A stretch of DNA of 64,000 nt from Candidatus Marinacidobacterales bacterium (GTDB lineage Bacteria > Acidobacteriota > Vicinamibacteria > Marinacidobacterales > DATDRI01), in contig CBDCNP010000001.1 in the NCBI GenBank assembly GCA_965219415.1, positions 160,001-224,000 on the forward strand, read 5' to 3'. Below, in pieces: positions 53,420 through 61,425 of this stretch (positions within the stretch are counted from its first letter, which is position 1; the number at the start of each line of letters is the position of its first letter). The notes beneath the pieces are model-generated. The model saw only the letters and a list, made by a program, of their open reading frames with translations, did not search any database and was not told the DNA's origin. Made by a program: the position numbers and the translations under genes.

Positions 53420-54669
53420 TGAGCACAGAAGCGAAGTCCGATGCGGTTGGCTATCGATGGGTCATTATCTTCTTGATATGGCTCGCTAACACCAGTGGCG
53501 CCCTCACCCAGTTGTCGGGCGGTCCGGTTCAGTTCTCGGTTGCCAAAGAGTTCGGCCTCAGCGCCGCCCAGTTGGCAACGTGGATCAATTTACCCCTGCT
53601 GGCCATCGGTCTCTTCTCGATCCCGGCCGGGATGCTGGTCGATCGCTTCGGAGCTCGCGTCGGTGTGGGGCTCGCGTTGTTCCTGATGGGTGTCTTCGCC
53701 CTTGGGCGCGGCGTCGCTCCCAGCTTTGCATGGCTTTGTATCGCAACCTTCGCGTTCGGGATCGGCTACGCCTTCCTCCTGAGCGGCATGCCGAAGGTGG
53801 TCTCAGAGTGGTTCCCGCCTCAAGAGCTAGGACGAGCCGTCGGATTCTATACGTCCGGGGCTTCCATGGGAGTGCTGACCGTCTTCTGGTTCGCGATACC
53901 TCTCTTCGGGGAAAAATGGAGAGACCTGTTCTTAGCGGCGGGTATCATGATGTCCGCTGCCTTTCTTGCCTGGCTCGTCCTCGGGAAGAGATCGCCCCGC
54001 GCGTCGTCGGGTCATGGAGCTCCGCGGGGAGTCGGCGACATGCTCCGAAGCTTTCGATCGGTGGCGAGCCAGCGCGATGTGAGGCTCCTGGTAGGACTCT
54101 GCGCCATGACGCAGGTCGGTGTCTTCGGCTGGCTGGCTTTTGGTTTTCCGTACTTGGTGATCGCCAAAGGGGCTCCGGAGGAAACGGCGGGCCAGGTGGT
54201 GGCGTTCACCATGGTGGGCTTCCTCTTTGGAGCACTCTCCGTATCCGGACTCTCCGATCGAGTCGGCAAGAGGCGACCCTTTCTGATCGGTCCCGCGCTT
54301 CTCACTTGCCTGCTCTTCTTCGGCCTGATCGTGGTTCCCCTGGGATGGCTCTTCTGGGCCATGGTCCTTTTGATCGGGTTTTGCCTTGCGGCGATTCAAG
54401 TTCTGCTATTCGCGTTGCCGCTCGAGCTTCCGGGGGTTTCGAAGGATCAGGTGGGCGCCTGCGAAGGTCTCATCATTTCAGTGGGGTACTTCTTCGGGAT
54501 CGCGGCCTCTCCGGTCTTGGGATCCATCCTGGGAAGCTACGAGGAGACGACACCCGAGCAGTTCTTCGTCGTGGTGGGCTGCATGGGAGCGGCGTTGGGC
54601 ATCGGGACCGTCCTATCGATGTTGATGAGTGAGACGGGACCGGCCGGTCGAAAGGCTTCTTCCGCATAG
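53419..54669 (+). CDS. MFS transporter
   Basis: About 12 TMs, GMLVDRFGAR and GLSDRVGKRR; TGATG overlap with the upstream gene. Confidence 0.93.
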   Translation: MSTEAKSDAVGYRWVIIFLIWLANTSGALTQLSGGPVQFSVAKEFGLSAAQLATWINLPLLAIGLFSIPAGMLVDRFGARVGVGLALFLMGVFALGRGVAPSFAWLCIATFAFGIGYAFLLSGMPKVVSEWFPPQELGRAVGFYTSGASMGVLTVFWFAIPLFGEKWRDLFLAAGIMMSAAFLAWLVLGKRSPRASSGHGAPRGVGDMLRSFRSVASQRDVRLLVGLCAMTQVGVFGWLAFGFPYLVIAKGAPEETAGQVVAFTMVGFLFGALSVSGLSDRVGKRRPFLIGPALLTCLLFFGLIVVPLGWLFWAMVLLIGFCLAAIQVLLFALPLELPGVSKDQVGACEGLIISVGYFFGIAASPVLGSILGSYEETTPEQFFVVVGCMGAALGIGTVLSMLMSETGPAGRKASSA

Positions 54670-54683
54670 GACCCGTCATCATC

Positions 54684-55865
54684 ATGGACCGTAGGCAGTT
54701 CCTGAAGGCCGGCGCGCTCGCCGGCGCAGGAGCCGCGTACTTCGGCGGCGCTCATCTCTACCTCTCGGACGAGAGGTGGACCCCCAATCGTTCCTACTGG
54801 GTCGCGCAGGGACGCGCGCCCGTGAACCAAGCTCTTGAAGGTAACCACTCGGTCGATCTCGCGGTGATCGGTGGTGGCGTCACGGGTCTCTCCGCTGCGA
54901 TCCACGCCCGGGAAAAGATGCCGAAGATGCAGGTGGCGCTCCTCGAAGCCGAGTACGTCGGCTACGGAGCGACTGGCCGAAGTGGCGGCGTCTTGTCGGA
55001 CGGGACGGAGATGGGTCTCCGAGAAGGCACCGAGGACAACGCGCGCTTTGCGATCGGCCTCATCGATCGCCTCGGGATCGAATGTGATCTCCACCGAGAC
55101 AACGAGGAGTTGGATCCTTACAAGTACGCCGTGGGGTTGAAGGCGGGGGCGGAACGCGCGGGCGTTCGAGTCTACGAAGGCACGCGGGTCGTCGATCTCG
55201 ATAAGGGGAATCCCGTCAAGCTTGCGGGCAAAGGATTCAGTCTTCAGGCGCCGCGAGTCGTCGTCGCAACCAACGGCTACATGCCGAAACTCGGTGTCGC
55301 AGCCGATCGGATCTTCCCGGTTCACACCGGCGCGGCGGTCACGACTCCGATGCCGGAGGAGGTGCTTTCTGGGTTCCCCGCTAGCCTCCACCTCATGACC
55401 AACCGCGAGATGTACACGTGGGGTCGAAAAGTTCCTGGGAAACGCATGCTCATGGGGTCGGGTGCCGAGTACTACTACGACAACGGCCTTCGTGACACGA
55501 GTGACCGCTATCTCTTCCCGGCGCTTCGGCGATTCATGACGAAGGCGCATCCCGTGCTCGCCGACTATCCGTTCGAATACGCGTGGACCGGCCCGATGGG
55601 AGTGACCGGGGATCAAGAACCGGTGATGGGAACGGAGGGCAAAGACGGCAACATCCTCTACTGTGGGGGGTACACTGGCCTCGGGATCGCGATGGGCACG
55701 CGCGCCGGTCAGTGGTTGGCCAGGATGTTGGAAGGGGCCGCCCCTCCCGACTGGATCCTCCGCGATACGTTCCGCTTTCCCGGTGAGCCCTTGCGCTACA
55801 TCGGCGTCAACGGCACCATCAATCTCATGAACCTCAGCCTGCTGAGCATGAAGAAACATGAGTAG
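54684..55865 (+). CDS. Tat-exported FAD-dependent oxidoreductase (DAO/PuuB-like)
   Basis: MDRRQFLK Tat motif, VIGGGVTG, GATGRSGG, GGYTGLGI. Confidence 0.9.
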   Translation: MDRRQFLKAGALAGAGAAYFGGAHLYLSDERWTPNRSYWVAQGRAPVNQALEGNHSVDLAVIGGGVTGLSAAIHAREKMPKMQVALLEAEYVGYGATGRSGGVLSDGTEMGLREGTEDNARFAIGLIDRLGIECDLHRDNEELDPYKYAVGLKAGAERAGVRVYEGTRVVDLDKGNPVKLAGKGFSLQAPRVVVATNGYMPKLGVAADRIFPVHTGAAVTTPMPEEVLSGFPASLHLMTNREMYTWGRKVPGKRMLMGSGAEYYYDNGLRDTSDRYLFPALRRFMTKAHPVLADYPFEYAWTGPMGVTGDQEPVMGTEGKDGNILYCGGYTGLGIAMGTRAGQWLARMLEGAAPPDWILRDTFRFPGEPLRYIGVNGTINLMNLSLLSMKKHE

Positions 55866-56115
55866 CGCGGGCGGCCTTCCCGACTGGCAAGTTCCCAGAG
55901 TCGGCCCGGCGTCTCTCGTGGTGCTCGGAGTCAGTTCGGTCTTGCTCTTTTGGGTACCTTTGTTGGCGCCATTGATTCAACTCGCGACGGTCATGCAGTG
56001 TCTTCGAACGGCGCGATGGGGATTGGCGGAGCCCTGGAGCCTGGCGATTGGGATCGGCGGCGCGCTCTTTGGGTTCAGTTTATTTCTGGCGCTCGAGTTT
56101 CTTTGGGTGATCTAG
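55858..56115 (+). CDS. Small membrane protein
   Basis: Overlaps the upstream stop; hydrophobic segments. Confidence 0.6.
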   Translation: MSSAGGLPDWQVPRVGPASLVVLGVSSVLLFWVPLLAPLIQLATVMQCLRTARWGLAEPWSLAIGIGGALFGFSLFLALEFLWVI

Positions 56116-56222
56116 CAGCGTAACCCCCTGTTTCACAATAGAATACGGTCCCGTCTTTTCCGATTCAACTAATATTTTTAGTGTAACCGACACATTATAA
56201 AGGACTTGTTTACCAGCGAAAC

Positions 56223-56252
56223 TTGACATCGACCCATACTTATACTTAATAT
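56223..56252 (+). promoter_or_regulatory. sigma70-like promoter of the HNH gene
   Basis: TTGACA(56223)-18 bp-TAATAT in an AT-rich tract. Confidence 0.5.
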
Positions 56253-56409
56253 ACACCCACTAGTGCTGGGCGGAATCCCCGGATTGCCATCCGGCCCGCA
56301 CACGTTTCATCCCGCCCGCGGGCGCGGAGCATAAGCTTAGGAGCCCAGAGTACCAACCCCATTCTCATACTTGCGGAAGAAGTGTCTTCCGCCCCAGGAG
56401 GTGTGCGCT

Positions 56410-57496
56410 ATGTCAGAGAAAGAGATCACCGTTTCCCAGGAGCTTTCGATCGCCGAGCTCGACGAACGACTCGAAAAATCCGTTGAGGAGAACGAACGCT
56501 CGGAGAGACTCATTTGTGAGGACCTGTTCGAGATGCGCAAGCGTCGCGGACACGAGAAGTTCGGCTTCGCCAGCATCTTCGATTACGCCTGCGAACGATT
56601 CGGTTTTTCCGCCCGGAAGACTCGCTATCTGTTAGGCCTCGGCTTGTCTCTCCAGAAACTTCCCGAGCTTCGTGCGGCGCTGGCCGAAGGGCGGCTCGGT
56701 TGGAGCAAGGCGACCAAGATCGCTCAAGTCGCCACGCCGCAGGACGAGGTGCGGTGGCTCGACTCCGCACTATCCATGTCGGTCCGGGACTTGGAACAGA
56801 AAATTCGTGAGGACATGGGACGTGACGGAGCCAGGATTCACATCTGGCTTTCCGAGGATCAGAATACGGTCGTGGAAAACGCTTTCGAAGTGTGCCGGCG
56901 GTTGAGTGGTGCGCAGTTGGAACCGGGCCAGTGTCTCGATCTTATTTGTGGAGAATTTCTGGGCACCTACGCTTACTTGGCCCATCAAAAGGAAGTAAGA
57001 GCCGGTGAGGAGCCGGAGGAGGACAAAGCGGCTGAGGTCGAGGATGATGCCGCGGTAGAGCGGACCGAAATGCTCATTTGCCCGGAAAACGACGACCCTC
57101 CGTCGCTCGGCGTTGCCAGCTACGGCAAGACCTGGCGCGGGGTGCTGGAGCGGGACCGCTACCACTGTCAGTACCCGGGTTGTGCGGCCCGCGCACAGCT
57201 TACATGTGCACCACATCGAGTTCAGGAGCCGTAGCGGCAAGAAGAGTCGGGCGAAGAGCAACTCCCCTGAAAATCTATGCTGTCTCTGCGTCTTTCACCA
57301 CCGGGGTGTGCACGCGGGAACGATTGGCCTAAAAGGCCGAGCGCCCTTCGACCTCGAATGGCGTCGCCCGGAGTTGATGCAGAAAGTATTCGAGCGTCAA
57401 GCCGAGAGACCCAGCGCAGCCGAACGGGTGACCGTCGAGGCGAACGAGGCCGTCGACGGGCTCTGCGATCTGGTCGCGGCGCCGGCTGCCGTTTAG
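56410..57496 (+). CDS. DUF222-like + HNH endonuclease, frameshifted near 57200
   Basis: GFASIFDYACERFG, LPELRAALAEGRLGWSK; VLERDRYHCQYPGC / LHVHHIEFRS..NSPENLCCLCVFHHRGVH; RBS AGGAGG. Confidence 0.88.
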
Positions 57497-57765
57497 TCGG
57501 AGTTTATCTAGCATGAGCGGTTGTTCTTGGGATTCGTATGTTGGGGGCACGGGGCGATGAGGAAACCAGTCATCAGACGGGCCGGATCGAGAGCCGGCCG
57601 AGGCTCCGGAACACAAGAAGCTCGGGGTCTTGGAGGAGGTCGTCAGTTCATGTTTCCTTTCTACCCAGATTCGCGGGTGGCAAACGTTTGCCGGTTGCTT
57701 GTCGCAACCGACCGGCCGCTGGCGTAAGATAGCGCCCAGAAAAAACCTCAGATAGGAGGGTAGCC

Positions 57766-58695
57766 ATGCCGGTCCATGACCCGAGCGAAGCCGACACCGC
57801 CGAGCACCGGCCCATCGCCGACGATGACGAGGTCGCTGTCGAGCATCCTCCCCTCTCTTCACTAGTCAGCATCGACTTCGGGGCCGTTTCCGACCGAGGC
57901 AAGAAGCGGTCCAACAACGAAGACAGCTACCTGGTGGCGCGCGGCGGCCGGGCCCTGGAATCCCTACTAACCAATCTCCCCGAAGAAGAAATGCCGACAG
58001 AATTCCGTGAGACCGGCTACGGGATGATCGTGGCCGATGGCATGGGTGGCGCGGCGGCCGGAGAAGTCGCGAGCCGTATGGCCATCAGCACCCTCGTGAA
58101 ACTGGTCACGGAGATCCCCGATTGGATCCTCCAGTTCAGAGACGAGGAGCGGGAAAAGGAAGCGATGAAGCGCGCCGACCGGCACTTGCGGCGCGTCCAC
58201 GAGGCGCTGACCAAGCGCGCCGAATCGGATCCCAAGCTGGCCGGCATGGGGACCACGATGACTCTCGCCACTATCTTGGGCGCTGACGGGATCGTCGCCC
58301 ACGTGGGAGATTCACGGGCCTACCTCTTGCGCGACGGCAAGCTTCACCAGCTGACCAAAGATCAAACCCAGGCTCAGCTACTCCTGGACGCCGGCGTTAC
58401 TAATGAGGACGAATTCTCCAAGCACCGGTACCGCCACGTGCTACTCCAAGCGATCGGCGGAAGGGGCGGATTGGTGGACGTCGAGATACAGCGGATGCGC
58501 TTCCGCAACGACGACCGACTCCTGCTTTGTACGGACGGGCTGACCGACATGGTCGACGACACCAAGATCGCCGACGTACTGAGTCGCGGAGCCTCGTCCC
58601 AGGAGGGATGTCAGGCGCTTGTCGATCTAGCCTTGGAGGCCGGCGGGAAAGACAACGTCACCGTCGTCCTGGCTCATTTGAGCATTCCCGATTAG
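57766..58695 (+). CDS. PP2C-family Ser/Thr protein phosphatase
   Basis: RSNNEDS, VADGMGG, GMGTT, HVGDSRAY, LCTDGL, GGKDNVT. Confidence 0.96.
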   Translation: MPVHDPSEADTAEHRPIADDDEVAVEHPPLSSLVSIDFGAVSDRGKKRSNNEDSYLVARGGRALESLLTNLPEEEMPTEFRETGYGMIVADGMGGAAAGEVASRMAISTLVKLVTEIPDWILQFRDEEREKEAMKRADRHLRRVHEALTKRAESDPKLAGMGTTMTLATILGADGIVAHVGDSRAYLLRDGKLHQLTKDQTQAQLLLDAGVTNEDEFSKHRYRHVLLQAIGGRGGLVDVEIQRMRFRNDDRLLLCTDGLTDMVDDTKIADVLSRGASSQEGCQALVDLALEAGGKDNVTVVLAHLSIPD

Positions 58696-58958
58696 CTAGC
58701 CGCCCGATTCGCGGCCTCCCCACTCGAGTCCAAGGGCCCGTCCAGGGCACTATCACACCTTCCAACCCGTCCAATCCTCAGCACTAACCACTCTGCACCA
58801 AAGAGTTACGCCAGATAAGGCGCGCTTAAGGTAGCGATAAGCCCCCGTCCATGGAGTGTTTTCGCCCCTGCCCCACATTCGCCTCAGTGACACGGTAGTA
58901 TCGGAAGCAACCTCTCGGCGTTCTGTGCTAATTTGAGCCCGTTCTGGAGGTGTGAGCC

Positions 58959-59873
58959 ATGAAGTCTTCTCTCTACATTTTCTCGCTACTGTTTTTTCTG
59001 CTGCCGAACGCGAGCAGCGCGCAGGATAAGTCCACCTACTACACCGTGATGCATGCCGATGAGTTCACGATCGATTGGGCGGGTTGGTACCAGAAAGGGG
59101 ATGAGCTGACCGCGGAGCTGCGTGCGGAGTTCCCCCATCATTTGGATCTAGCCTACGGCGAAGACGCCAAACAGAAACTGGATCTTTATCTCCCCAAGGG
59201 CGACCTCAAGGATGCCCCGGTGTTCCTCTTTCTTCATGGGGGCGGCATGCGAGAGGGAGATCGGGCTCACTACGGCTACATTGGTCGTCCCTTCGTTGAA
59301 AACGGAATCATCGCGGCGATCGCCAGCTATCGACTTACACCCAAGAACATCTACCCCGATCAGCCGAACGACGCCCGAGACGCGGTCGCTTGGCTCTACA
59401 AGAACGTCGCTTCTTACGGAGGCAATCCTCAAGACCTCTACGCGGGTGGCCACTCGGCCGGCGGACACCTTTCGGGCTTCATCTGCGCCAATACCGACTG
59501 GCTCCCCAAGCGATCCGTTCCGAGCGACGCGCTCCAGGGCTGCGTCCCGATGAGCTCAGACCACGGTTTCGAGGCCATCCAGAAGCGCACGACGTACCTT
59601 CCGGACGCCTCGGATCACAAAGACGCCACCCCCATTCTCAACATCAAAAATCCACCCCCCTACTTCGTCGTGACCGCGGGTGGTGACGAAGAGCGCCTAA
59701 TCGAGCCGACCAAGGAGTTCGCCGCGAAACTCCGTGAGGCGGGAAGCACCGCGGTGGTTGTGTTCGGAGAGGACATGGACCATGCCGAAATCGTCTTCTC
59801 CCTAGGAGACCGCGACAGCAAGCTCTTCAAAGCTGTCCTCGAGATGATCCGGTCGGCTCAGCCGGGGACCTAG
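58959..59873 (+). CDS. Secreted alpha/beta hydrolase (HSL/arylformamidase-like)
   Basis: Signal peptide, HGGG, GHSAGG. Confidence 0.92.
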   Translation: MKSSLYIFSLLFFLLPNASSAQDKSTYYTVMHADEFTIDWAGWYQKGDELTAELRAEFPHHLDLAYGEDAKQKLDLYLPKGDLKDAPVFLFLHGGGMREGDRAHYGYIGRPFVENGIIAAIASYRLTPKNIYPDQPNDARDAVAWLYKNVASYGGNPQDLYAGGHSAGGHLSGFICANTDWLPKRSVPSDALQGCVPMSSDHGFEAIQKRTTYLPDASDHKDATPILNIKNPPPYFVVTAGGDEERLIEPTKEFAAKLREAGSTAVVVFGEDMDHAEIVFSLGDRDSKLFKAVLEMIRSAQPGT

Positions 59874-59886
59874 TTCGAACGCCGGC

Positions 59887-60534
59887 TCAACTTGCGAGTT
59901 CGAAAAGCCGCGTGAATTTCTTCAGGGCGGCCGCCGTGCCGGTAAGCGCCCACTTCCCGGTTTTCTCGAGATCGGCTGGGTCGTCGCCCGACTCGAAGCG
60001 GCGAAAGACTTCGGGTGTGGTCGTGACCACGACGTCGGGATCGAGTGCCGATCCTGCGCCGCTGCGTAACTCTCCATCGCGGACGACGGCGTTCAGTACC
60101 TCGTCCCCAACCCGAAATTCACACGAAAGCCTCACTCCCCGGGCGCGCTCGGGTCGAAAGAAGGCTCTCATCGCGACAGCCGTCCACGTAGCGCGGTAGG
60201 TCGCGCTTTTTCTCGCCTTCCGCTGATAACGCTTTCCCCAGCGAACCAGCTCGAGAAGCACCGGTTCCAGGCGTTTGCCCGCCTCGGTGAGCTCGTAGAC
60301 GGAAGCCGCGGCCGGGGGGGGAAGCTTGCTTTGGGTGATAAGCCCATCGTTGGTGAGGCTCTTCAGGCGGTCGGCGAGCAGATTGGTACCGATTCCCGGC
60401 AGGGCATCGAGAAGATCGTTGTATCGCTTCGGCCCGGTCAAGAGCTCACGTACGAGGAGCAGGGTCCAACGCTCCCCGAGGACGTCGAGCGCACCGGCCA
60501 CCGAGCACGTTTGGTTGTAAGTGCGCTTCCTCAT
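59887..60534 (-). CDS. HxlR-family regulator with C-terminal SCP2-like domain
   Basis: YNQTCSVAGALDVLGERWTLLLVRELL.GPKRY; YELTEAG. Confidence 0.92.
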   Translation of the reverse strand: MRKRTYNQTCSVAGALDVLGERWTLLLVRELLTGPKRYNDLLDALPGIGTNLLADRLKSLTNDGLITQSKLPPPAAASVYELTEAGKRLEPVLLELVRWGKRYQRKARKSATYRATWTAVAMRAFFRPERARGVRLSCEFRVGDEVLNAVVRDGELRSGAGSALDPDVVVTTTPEVFRRFESGDDPADLEKTGKWALTGTAAALKKFTRLFELAS

Positions 60535-60555
60535 GACGCTCCAATCATACCACAG

Positions 60556-60589
60556 TTTTTTAAAGTTATTACTTGAAAAAAATATAGTA
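60556..60589. promoter_or_regulatory. AT-rich inverted repeat, putative HxlR operator
   Basis: TTTTTTAAAGT-TATT-ACTTGAAAAAA (10/11 match) and TACT-N12-AGTA between divergent genes. Confidence 0.55.
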
Positions 60590-60619
60590 TTCGATCTATA
60601 TTGGCCTTGGAGGTGAAAC

Positions 60620-60973
60620 ATGACTTGGCAGAAGGCGGTTCTCGGTTTGGTTCTCATTCTCTTCCTGGCGATGACGGGTGAAGTGCTCTACGAGCACGGC
60701 TACTTGGGCTTCTTCGCCATCGCCGTCTCCAACTCCGCCACCCAGCTAATGATGTTCGACCTGGTGATCGCCTTGACGCTCGTCACCCTCTGGATGGTTG
60801 AGGACGCCAATGCGAAGGGAAAGTCCGTCGTCCCCTTCGTCCTCATCACCCTATTCTTCGGAGCAGCCGGCCCGCTGCTCTACCTCATCACTCGCAGCGA
60901 AGGGAAGGTTTTTCAGCGTATCGCGGACAGTGCGGTACTGGCGCTTCTGATGGTCGCAGGGGTGGCGTTATGA
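60620..60973 (+). CDS. DUF2834-like small membrane protein
   Basis: FDLVIAL..WMVEDA..FGAAGPLLYL; RBS GGAGG. Confidence 0.75.
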   Translation: MTWQKAVLGLVLILFLAMTGEVLYEHGYLGFFAIAVSNSATQLMMFDLVIALTLVTLWMVEDANAKGKSVVPFVLITLFFGAAGPLLYLITRSEGKVFQRIADSAVLALLMVAGVAL

Positions 60974-61000
60974 GCTGACGTCCAAGGGAGGTAGCGCCTG

Positions 61001-61371
61001 CTCGAGCCGTCCGTAAGCCGAGTTCTGTTCCCCCCCTTGGTTGCCCGCAGGAGGGCGACGATCATTTATCTAGCCGCGACGATTGCTCGCCGCAGTCGAG
61101 CGACCTACCCGGAAGCTTCGGACGGGCCGCCCTCGAACGCTTCCCTATTTGGTCTTGCTCCGTGCGGGGTTTGCCGTGCCTCGGATGTCACCACCCGAGC
61201 GGTGCGCTCTTACCGCACCATTTCACCCTTACCTTCCCCCGAAGGAAGAGGCGGTATATTTTCTGTGGCACTTTCCTTCCCGTCACCGGGACTGGGGGTT
61301 GCCCAGCGCACTGCCCTGGGGAGTTCGGACTTTCCTCCGGCCCGAAGGCCGGCGATCATCTGGTCGACTCG
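61001..61371 (-). ncRNA. rnpB: RNase P RNA (bacterial type A)
   Basis: Minus strand: GAGGAAAGUCCGAACUC, AGUGCCACAGAAA, GGUGCGGUAAGAGCGCAC, ACAGAACUCGGCUUAC; the ends pair; -10 TATAAT at 61385-61390. Confidence 0.98.
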
Positions 61372-61425
61372 AACAGGCGAGACCATTATACGGCACGCGG
61401 CAAACTGGACACGGTCCGCCGGTGC

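Noticed and set aside
56356-56367. 12-mer ACCCCATTCTCA shared by the HNH leader and the comEA leader
   Set aside because: Exact 12-mer matches are expected by chance in 64 kb, and there is no flanking similarity.
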